The notes beneath the pieces were generated by a model. It ran no database searches. It worked only from the letters and a program-made list of their open reading frames with translations, and was not told the origin of the DNA. DNA of 64,000 nucleotides from a virus, in IMG/VR virus record IMGVR_UViG_3300027816_000087, positions 1 through 64,000 of that record, one strand, 5' to 3'. Positions 57,301 through 64,000 of the stretch are shown one piece after another. How positions within the stretch are numbered: the first letter of the stretch is position 1; the number at the start of each line of letters is the position of its first letter. A program made the translations under genes and the position numbers.

Positions 57301-59820
57301 TGTAACTACCACTTCAGGAAGAACAAAAGCTTCTTCACCTTCTTGTATGGTTTTATAATAACCACCAGGATCTGCAGTGTAATCTTCAGTAGTAGGATCA
57401 GATGAGTATTCTTCAGTAGAGACACTTGGTTTTTTATTCATTGCTGCATATTGAGAAGCATTATTAAAACCAAACTGAGGCATTGTCCCCATTCCTTTAT
57501 TAATGTCCATAGTAGCAATATCTAAAAGAGCATTTAGTTTATCAGCATTATAATTACTTCTAGCTTCTTCTTTTCCAGGAAGAGATGAATGTCTATCTAA
57601 TCCTGCTTTATTTTTTGCATGCAATTGCTCAATTGTTTCAACACTAACTGGAGTAAATGATTGTTGATGAGCTAAAAGAATATCTTGATTTTGTCTAAGT
57701 TTTTCAAGAAGCTCTAAGTTTTTTGCTGCCGAATAATCATACCCTTCAACACCATATTCTTTAGCAAGTTGTCCTCTAAATGGTTTAGATCCTTGATACC
57801 CTTTTGTTGCTAAATAGTCTACAATACTTGAACCTGTATATTCTGCACCATCTTGTGCTTTTACTAAACCACCATCTTGTTTTTTATTTCTTTGACTTCC
57901 TAAATATGCTCCTGAAGCTACTGATCCTGTACCAAGTCCTAATTGAAGTGCTGTTTCTCCAACTTTACCCCAATCAATAACTCTAGATGGTGTTTCACCA
58001 AAAGTAAAAAATCTTCCTGTTTCACCAAAAGGATCTATTTCACCTCTATTCATTCTAGAAATTTCATCAAAGTTTACTTCAAATTTTTGAGGTCCTCCAG
58101 GTTTAGTAAAATATTGTTTTGGGTTACGAATCATTTGTCCAAGATCCCTTGTATTTAATAATCCAGATTGTAAAGGTTGACCTTGAATCCCACTTTTACC
58201 TACAAAATTAAAACTACCCGATGTCAGATTAGGTTTAGGACTTTCAGAAATTAAAGTTCCAAAATTTCTACTATATTGACCTTGATAAGGTTTAATAAGC
58301 TCTAAAGGATCTGGAGTATGTCCATATAGTCTATTTAACCAATATCTTGTATTTTTATCCCATATCTTACCTGTTGGATCTATAACTAATCCTTGGTCAT
58401 TATTCGTAGGAATTGATTTACCAATTCCTTTAAAATTTTTTCTAAACCAATGTTCTACAGGACCAATTTTTAAATCCTTTAATAAACTTGGTATTTTATG
58501 TTGCACATCTTCAAACGATCTTCCTGGTATAATCTGTTCTGGTATATCAACAAGTCTAGTTTCATACATTTTAGTTTTAGGATTAAATGATTGTATTGTA
58601 GCTTGTCTTGTTGATGTAGAAGTTGGTGCTACAAGTCTACTAGCAGTTCTACCTGCCATTGGTATTGCTCTAGCTCCTAAAGAAAGTGCACCTTCTAACA
58701 AAGGTGCTGCTGTTAAACCAACATTTAATATTCTACCTAATCTTTCTTTATACTTATTTGCTTCATCTAAATCTCTTTGTGTAGTTCCTTCAGGAATACC
58801 TAGTACTTCTGTTCTATATTTATTAACATCATCTACTTTTTGCTGCGCAACCTTTCTTTCATAATCTGTTCTATTATCTTGACCAACTGTTACATTTGAT
58901 TTTTTCTGTGTTTGTTGTTGACGTATTTGTTGAGCAACAGGCCTACTTGCTCCTGTTTTTTTCATTATTTGTTTAACAACTTGTTCCTCTTTAATTTGTG
59001 GTTGAATTGCAGCTTTTGTTCCAACACTCATTCCTCTGTTTACTATATCCCCTTGACTACCATATTGTTTATCTCTAACTTGAAGATAACCAGGAAGCGA
59101 AGCGTTACTACCACCTGGTTGAAATTGAGTTAATGCACCACCTGCTCTAAAATATGAAGGTGCAATTTGATTTTTAGGAGTATATCTTTCATTAACTAAA
59201 TTTTCTATATCATTTTTATTTAGTTTGTAGTCTTGAAAATATCTCATTATAGTTTCACGACTTGGAGTGGGATTATTAAACGTAGATCTCACCCAAGGAA
59301 TATAAGGTTGTGAAGAATATGCACGAGGATCTTTCCCTTCTATTGGATTACCTTGTTCATCAAAATAGTTATTGTATTGAGATTGATTTAATCTATTATT
59401 TCTTTCTAGTTGATTAGCAGCAAAAAATTCATCATATGTTAAACCAGGATAATTTTTACTTGTTTGCTCCCATTCTTTTTTTAACATCTCATTCTCATTC
59501 TCAAGTCCTACTTTTGATGTTATATTTTGCCAAGGAGTTGTAGGTTTTGCTTCTTTTTGTTTGTTAATAATATTCATCATCCTATTATCAACAAAATTAT
59601 CTGGATTGTTACAACCTCCTTTGCCACATGTTGCAGCTGGTCTTGTACTTTCACTTGTAACATTAAACCCACCAACTGCTTTTACTAAACCACCATACCT
59701 TTTTTGTACTAGTTTTTTAGCTTCAGGAAACATGCCAAAGAATGCTTGTTCTGTTGGAAACAATTTGTAGAAATCTTTTTCATTTTCTACACCAGCCATT
59801 TTTAAAAATTCTTTCTTCAT
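54310..59820 (-). CDS. modular virion protein with DUF3597-like, M15/LAS-like peptidase and NNPGN lysozyme-like modules
   Basis: Likely start MKKEFLKMAG at 59820; SIVDYL..., DHNTGNALD...HTTHVH and NNPGNI motifs; paired GG motifs. Confidence 0.72.
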   Translation of the reverse strand: MKKEFLKMAGVENEKDFYKLFPTEQAFFGMFPEAKKLVQKRYGGLVKAVGGFNVTSESTRPAATCGKGGCNNPDNFVDNRMMNIINKQKEAKPTTPWQNITSKVGLENENEMLKKEWEQTSKNYPGLTYDEFFAANQLERNNRLNQSQYNNYFDEQGNPIEGKDPRAYSSQPYIPWVRSTFNNPTPSRETIMRYFQDYKLNKNDIENLVNERYTPKNQIAPSYFRAGGALTQFQPGGSNASLPGYLQVRDKQYGSQGDIVNRGMSVGTKAAIQPQIKEEQVVKQIMKKTGASRPVAQQIRQQQTQKKSNVTVGQDNRTDYERKVAQQKVDDVNKYRTEVLGIPEGTTQRDLDEANKYKERLGRILNVGLTAAPLLEGALSLGARAIPMAGRTASRLVAPTSTSTRQATIQSFNPKTKMYETRLVDIPEQIIPGRSFEDVQHKIPSLLKDLKIGPVEHWFRKNFKGIGKSIPTNNDQGLVIDPTGKIWDKNTRYWLNRLYGHTPDPLELIKPYQGQYSRNFGTLISESPKPNLTSGSFNFVGKSGIQGQPLQSGLLNTRDLGQMIRNPKQYFTKPGGPQKFEVNFDEISRMNRGEIDPFGETGRFFTFGETPSRVIDWGKVGETALQLGLGTGSVASGAYLGSQRNKKQDGGLVKAQDGAEYTGSSIVDYLATKGYQGSKPFRGQLAKEYGVEGYDYSAAKNLELLEKLRQNQDILLAHQQSFTPVSVETIEQLHAKNKAGLDRHSSLPGKEEARSNYNADKLNALLDIATMDINKGMGTMPQFGFNNASQYAAMNKKPSVSTEEYSSDPTTEDYTADPGGYYKTIQEGEEAFVLPEVVVTSPVTKKQIQEIKAKKGAMDQFNKYLDYSRSLLQIPFRPGQQPISQRKEEYTEFDVLPEEGLPNKQNQKNNLGFFDYLNLGTKAAGLFLGEFLDPTKNIERISSGVNDIFQLGQNYFARKNALKEGDDLNKSKSTISIPKVEKPVVSQSPLVLESTPYAEGSAIEMYDKNEAYDKKNKRYITKPLWLDLSSSSLRLGARNRGSRLGDIKTEGFVITPFAKEYGMGEGYTDNNGTNTIRRYSDNEIADDKIYGGIDAEGKFYLDYGKNLKGKNLEMADFRSAEITGIAKEKNGKYMYSDATSNYEVARTAMAFDENGNPTVNLNILIPKKQIDKGHESFGAVGGGRYILATPDLKKKVLVAGSLKNIDDYVEQFKKATGLSVIKLIPLDNGTFARGLFTKDGVITNKDQNRYDNFNHTGGAAFYLKQKRHGGSVLSKMQGGGTPPNCDPGYMPDPNDPTKCIQDPNIFAMFKPPSMDDETFGDPFSTTSTTTTWVQWYNQNLANSVIDPPSGKSIMDMKWEGDPTYDPSKETDMYGNVITSTTTKAPRYLFGKFGEWMDKKGAAAFTQVAKGLNTGFALGNRLAAEKQHRDFQKSYEKNLRNKIFTQPVMPSVSGSRGDYTQTGAFRPNEYTVNKGMYTSNMPGAIVGTQQFAQFGGGIIGEQLVVPETEFSPIVTPEVVVETPASSVQPQTTNTTTTPPSSSSSKPKKYNFAGVNPVIEQTWDEILKQYAGVRMSGIWGDKKHRQRESDHNTGNALDIGIVNIDQGNKIAEQIISQAKEKRVKYVIFNRRVWNPQEGWHKYIPTKANGNNPHTTHVHISFFPYEGKKNDKKTGESIALTHNNPGNIHFGKFTSQWGAEKGAYDNKGHVAKFKSLDEGWDAHKKLLSGPDYSDFTIEQARNKWVTGDPNKITDSSKFILKELGVGANLKIRDLTQDQFNKLASLFVKYEDNILYKKMKDLKKYFELGGEVSYNEGEEYDLTEDQIRQILENGGDIEYI

Positions 59821-59825
59821 ATTAG

Positions 59826-62800
59826 TTAGTTGTAGTTTTCTAGCCAATTAGTTTGTCCAGTATTTTTAACATTAAACCCTTTATTTGCAATAGGTAAAGA
59901 AGAACCCTCCACTCCTACTAATAAATTATTTAAATTGTTTAATTTCTCAAAATCATTTCCATGAATATTAAATAAATCAAGAAAATGTTCATATCTTAAT
60001 CTCTTCTCTGAATCTTTATTTTGAATAGCTTCCTCATAAGATTTTTTAGCTTTTTCGTAAATATTTTTAAAATCTTCGGATGTAGTGTTTGCTGCAGGAT
60101 CAATTCCGTATTCTGTTCTAAGTTCCATCAAGGCTCTGTAAAGTTCTGAATTTTTCATATTTTTTACATTTCCTTTTTTATTCACTCTAAAATTAGGAAA
60201 TCCTGTTCCAGTCATCCAATCATAAGCATAACCAGCATCTCTATCAAAATTAGCTTGAGCCCATTTACCAGCAGCTTCTTTTGATAAATCTGGTTTACCA
60301 ATTCTTTCATAAAGATGTTGTGCATAAACTTCAGGTCCAGCAAATCCAGAATATATTTGATCACTATATTGATCTAGAATTGGTTCAACAGTTTTATGAA
60401 GATCTCTATGTTTGCCCTCATGTTTTATAGGTTCTTCTGTTCTTGAAAGCTGATGAGCTTTTATATAACGATCTCTTAATTCTGGATTTTTATTTATATA
60501 GCCAAATCCTGGTTTTTTTAATTGTTCTTCTATTGAAAGATATGGGTTAGCTATTTCTATTGTTTCATCATAAGGCATGTATTGTCCTAAAAGACCTTGT
60601 GGAATTAAATAATGAACTCCTTTATACTCAATACCTTTAGAAACATCAGATGGAAGTTTACTAAAATTTTCTAATACTTGTTTAGCTTCATTGCTAATTC
60701 TTGGATCAGAATGGTTTACACGTGCTGTATACCAATCTAAAAGTTCTTTTCTTGCTTTATTTAAAATATCTACATCAGATTGAAGAGGAGGATATTTTGT
60801 TGTTTCATCTGTAGTTAAAAATCCACCTGGTGCAAATTGTTGTAATTGTCCACCTGCTTTAAATTCTTTTCTATCTTCTTCATTTAATATACCTGTATTT
60901 GAAATACTCGTTCCTGTGTATAATTTATTTTCAGATAGATATTTCATAAAATCATCTGCCTCATTTCCTCTTAATAATCTTCTATGGGGAAGATTATCTA
61001 AACCACGCCACTCTACCATTCTATCAGCTTTAGACAATATCCTTTGATTTGCTCTTGGTGTTTTATATAATTGTTCAAAATTTGGTCCATAATTAAGATC
61101 CTCAGATTCTCTAGATGCTCTAATAATATCATCAGTAAGAACTACATCATCTACCGATTTTCCAAGAGGTTTGCTAGGTCCTACTTTTACTGTAACACTA
61201 CCTTTTAGTTCATTTTCCCAATCTCTAAGTTGTCTTCTAGTATCTCTTCTAGATAAACCTTTATAATCTCTTAAATAATCTTTTGCTATACCTTTCATTC
61301 TATCCATTGTCCATTCACTAGGATTATAATTACGATGATATGCAAATGCTAGTTCAGGATTATCAACAAACATTTGATTAAAATCTTGCAATCTTTTAAA
61401 AGGATTTTCATTTCCAAAACCAGTAAGGGTACCTGTATTAGGAGCTGTTTTATTTATTATTACATCTCTAAAATATTCATTATTTATTCTTGGATCAATT
61501 TCTTTTCTAACAAATCTTTTAGCTTCTCTCCATGCTTTATCTTTATTATCAGGATATTGTAACATGTAATATTTGTACATATCAGCTAAAACATTATTTC
61601 TATTTTGTTCAACTGTTGTTCCACTTTGATTTAAATTTGGATAATTCTTTCCAAATTCAACATCTATAATCCCTCTATCAATATTCCAATGTTTATCACC
61701 TTTAAATGGAACAGACATAGCATCTTTTTTGTTAGATGCATTTCTATACCAATAAAGAAAATCTACATCTTCACCTGACGTTGGCATTTCTGTAAACTTT
61801 CTTATTTCATCCTCTGTTTTATATGGAGTTACTGTTCTACGTATAGCATAATCTGTTTTACCACCAACAGATGGATTATGTACATATCTAGTTTCTTTTG
61901 GTAAAGTTGTAGTGTCTGTTGTTACAAATCCACCAGGTTGAAATTGTTTAAACTGACCACCACGTTTGTAATTACCTTGTGTTGTTAAATTACCATAATA
62001 TGTTCCTGTTTCATAACGTCTTTGATTTTCTTTTTGTAGAAAATCCATCATATCATCTGCCTCTTTTCTAGTCTTAAAAAAAACTTCTCTTGGTTGATTT
62101 TGTCCTTCAGAATTTAATTCACTAAATCTTAAAACATAATCTCCTGATTGATTAGGTTGTATACTAGGTTGTCTATTTATTGATGGAGTTCCAACACTCA
62201 AAGGTTCTATACCAATTGTATTACGAACCATTTTTAATTGTGGTGGTAAAGAAGAAACGCTAGGAGGAATAACTTTGTTTTCTGGTTTATCGCCATATAA
62301 TTTTTCCCATTCAAGATTTTCTTTTTTACTTCTTAAATGAGGTGGTTTTATATATAAAGGATCATAATCAAAAACTTCAACATTTCCACCTGGATAACCT
62401 GATAAATTTCCTGATACAGGTTCATATCGAATTACTCTTTGTGGCTTTACTCTTTTATCAACAAGTGCAAATGGTGAAACTAAATTTTGAGCTGGCGTAA
62501 CAATATCTCTATAATAAAGTTGATTATTACTATTTGATTTTTGTATTTGTTCAAGAGATTTACGCTCTAAATCTCTAATTTGTGAAGGTGATAAATTATA
62601 TATTTTTTTATAAAGAGCATCGTAAAATGCACCTGGGGGATGTTTATAAAAACTTAAATTTCCTTCTTTTAGTTTATTATACTCACGATTTGAAATAGAT
62701 GGTTGATTAAAAGTTTTAGTACTAGTGCGTTTTAATCTTCCTTGTCTTACTTCATTTTCATAAAAATTGTTAAGTGCAATTTGTGAATTGTATAAAGCTT

Positions 62801-63998
62801 CATGTTCTTCTCGTGTAAGTATAGGAAATGTAGTTTCATCTGTAGTTAATCCACCTTCATCATATCTATCTAACCAATTACCTTCTTCTAGATTTGGTAT
62901 AGATATATCTCCACCATTTTGAGCTTTTTGTAAATAACTTTCTCCACCATATTGTTTTTTATCAACACCTTCATCCATAGTTTTTACATCACTTCCAAAT
63001 TTTAAACCACCAATAGTAGCATTATATAATTTTTGTAAAAGTGTGTAATACTCATCTCCTTTCATTCCTTTCAATGCTTTAGAATAAGGGATAAGTCCTA
63101 AAAGACCTTGTGTATAATCTTCACCAGCCTTACTCCAATTTTTATCAAGAGCATATCTAGTTCCAGTGTAAAAATCTCCTGTTGCACCTGCTAATTGAAT
63201 AAGATATTGAATTTCAGGAGCTGCCATTGTAGAAAGCGCAGCTGCAGAAAGTGCTCCTTTATTATACTTTACAGCATTAGATGGTTCATATCTTTCTACA
63301 GGTTTAGAAGGTCTGTCTAATATCTTTTCATAAAATCTTTTTCCTTGATCATCTAAATGTGGAGCTATAACTATATTTGGAAGAATCCCCACCTCACCTA
63401 TTCCTTCTCTATTTTCATATCGTATTGGATCAACATCAACGATAGGCTCAGTGGAACCAAGAGGTGTTGTTGTTTGAACGGTAGTTGCAAACCCACCATT
63501 CTTAAGTCCTAAAATATTAGAAGAATTAGATGGTTTATAATTAGCAAATGCCTTTATCATTTTATATGGTCCTGCAGTTTGACTAGGATATTTATCATTT
63601 GGATCATAACCTATTAACTCATTATCCATTTTTCTGTCTACAAAACCAACTTTTGGTTTAGGTTGTCTATCATAATGTTGCACGTAACCATCAGCTATAT
63701 TTTTTCTTTCCCAACCAGAAGAATAAATAGGCATTCCTGGAAGATTTTTTATTTTTTTATGATAATATTTATCAAACCCATCATCTTTTCTTAAATAAGG
63801 AGGTTTATTAAAATCTTCATAAAATTTGTTATAATCTTGGTATTCTTTATCTGTATATTCTTTACTATAAGGAACTACTATTGGTCCACCATTTTCAAAT
63901 CTATGTGTAAATCTTAATTCTGGAAAAAATTGCGGTTTACCAAATAATTCTACACCACCTGGATAACCAACAGATACACTATTAACATTTCCTGTTAG
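59826..63998 (-). CDS. modular virion protein (5'-truncated) with zincin HExxH module and repeated GG-TTDETT junctions
   Basis: Frame stays open from 63734 to the window edge (LTGNVNSV...RFENGG...LPGMP); HEGKH at 60408-60422. Confidence 0.72.
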   Translation of the reverse strand, partial: LTGNVNSVSVGYPGGVELFGKPQFFPELRFTHRFENGGPIVVPYSKEYTDKEYQDYNKFYEDFNKPPYLRKDDGFDKYYHKKIKNLPGMPIYSSGWERKNIADGYVQHYDRQPKPKVGFVDRKMDNELIGYDPNDKYPSQTAGPYKMIKAFANYKPSNSSNILGLKNGGFATTVQTTTPLGSTEPIVDVDPIRYENREGIGEVGILPNIVIAPHLDDQGKRFYEKILDRPSKPVERYEPSNAVKYNKGALSAAALSTMAAPEIQYLIQLAGATGDFYTGTRYALDKNWSKAGEDYTQGLLGLIPYSKALKGMKGDEYYTLLQKLYNATIGGLKFGSDVKTMDEGVDKKQYGGESYLQKAQNGGDISIPNLEEGNWLDRYDEGGLTTDETTFPILTREEHEALYNSQIALNNFYENEVRQGRLKRTSTKTFNQPSISNREYNKLKEGNLSFYKHPPGAFYDALYKKIYNLSPSQIRDLERKSLEQIQKSNSNNQLYYRDIVTPAQNLVSPFALVDKRVKPQRVIRYEPVSGNLSGYPGGNVEVFDYDPLYIKPPHLRSKKENLEWEKLYGDKPENKVIPPSVSSLPPQLKMVRNTIGIEPLSVGTPSINRQPSIQPNQSGDYVLRFSELNSEGQNQPREVFFKTRKEADDMMDFLQKENQRRYETGTYYGNLTTQGNYKRGGQFKQFQPGGFVTTDTTTLPKETRYVHNPSVGGKTDYAIRRTVTPYKTEDEIRKFTEMPTSGEDVDFLYWYRNASNKKDAMSVPFKGDKHWNIDRGIIDVEFGKNYPNLNQSGTTVEQNRNNVLADMYKYYMLQYPDNKDKAWREAKRFVRKEIDPRINNEYFRDVIINKTAPNTGTLTGFGNENPFKRLQDFNQMFVDNPELAFAYHRNYNPSEWTMDRMKGIAKDYLRDYKGLSRRDTRRQLRDWENELKGSVTVKVGPSKPLGKSVDDVVLTDDIIRASRESEDLNYGPNFEQLYKTPRANQRILSKADRMVEWRGLDNLPHRRLLRGNEADDFMKYLSENKLYTGTSISNTGILNEEDRKEFKAGGQLQQFAPGGFLTTDETTKYPPLQSDVDILNKARKELLDWYTARVNHSDPRISNEAKQVLENFSKLPSDVSKGIEYKGVHYLIPQGLLGQYMPYDETIEIANPYLSIEEQLKKPGFGYINKNPELRDRYIKAHQLSRTEEPIKHEGKHRDLHKTVEPILDQYSDQIYSGFAGPEVYAQHLYERIGKPDLSKEAAGKWAQANFDRDAGYAYDWMTGTGFPNFRVNKKGNVKNMKNSELYRALMELRTEYGIDPAANTTSEDFKNIYEKAKKSYEEAIQNKDSEKRLRYEHFLDLFNIHGNDFEKLNNLNNLLVGVEGSSLPIANKGFNVKNTGQTNWLENYN

Positions 63999-64000
63999 TC

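Noticed and set aside
63732-63734. ATG at 63734 as the true start of the last gene
   Set aside because: The frame is open to the window edge, so the gene is 5'-truncated.
1-64000. Stop-codon reassignment (TAG/TGA), as in some crAss-like phages
   Set aside because: Giant ORFs are uninterrupted in the standard code, and TAG/TGA end genes at sensible boundaries (e.g. 1939, 4461, 19517).
1-64000. CRISPR array, tRNA or rRNA genes
   Set aside because: Intergenic gaps are short, and I saw no regularly spaced repeats or cloverleaf motifs; not confirmed by software.
27732-64000. Short plus-strand and alternate-frame ORFs overlapping the giant genes (e.g. 32673-33062, 34359-34688, 54853-55203)
   Set aside because: Shadow ORFs with antisense-type composition and no motifs; the same applies to 416-724, 2981-3280, 5502-5825, 13948-14301 and 17180-17497.

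Overview
AT-rich, gene-dense segment of a large tailed dsDNA bacteriophage, most consistent with a crAss-like (Crassvirales-related) phage of a Bacteroidota host. Evidence: a 5,259-aa two-barrel virion RNA polymerase with a DFDVD motif flanked by other giant ORFs, a PolB/primase/DnaB/AAA_24 replication block, and TAnnTTTG promoter-like sites. There are four alternating blocks: (+) 1-6.0 kb with SF2 helicase, UDG and a MoxR/VWA pair; (-) 6.1-15.2 kb with small virion/decoration, glycosyltransferase-like and lysis genes; (+) 15.35-27.7 kb with replication and repair genes; (-) 27.7-64 kb with giant virion/ejected proteins, the last running off the window edge. The standard genetic code fits, and I recognised no tRNA, CRISPR array, reverse transcriptase or integrase. 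Most notable patterns: (1) three consecutive giant proteins punctuated by about 25 xxxGG motifs, often paired and followed by a TTD(E/T)TT leader, that separate unrelated modules (possible cleavable cargo polyproteins); (2) six proteins with two kinds of N-terminal di-cysteine anchor fused to varied C-terminal domains; (3) a circularly permuted Fib_succ_major-like domain inserted in a scaffold domain; (4) a perfect DnaA box just upstream of a stand-alone DnaA domain-IV gene at the divergent junction. All family assignments come from motif recognition by eye, not from database searches.
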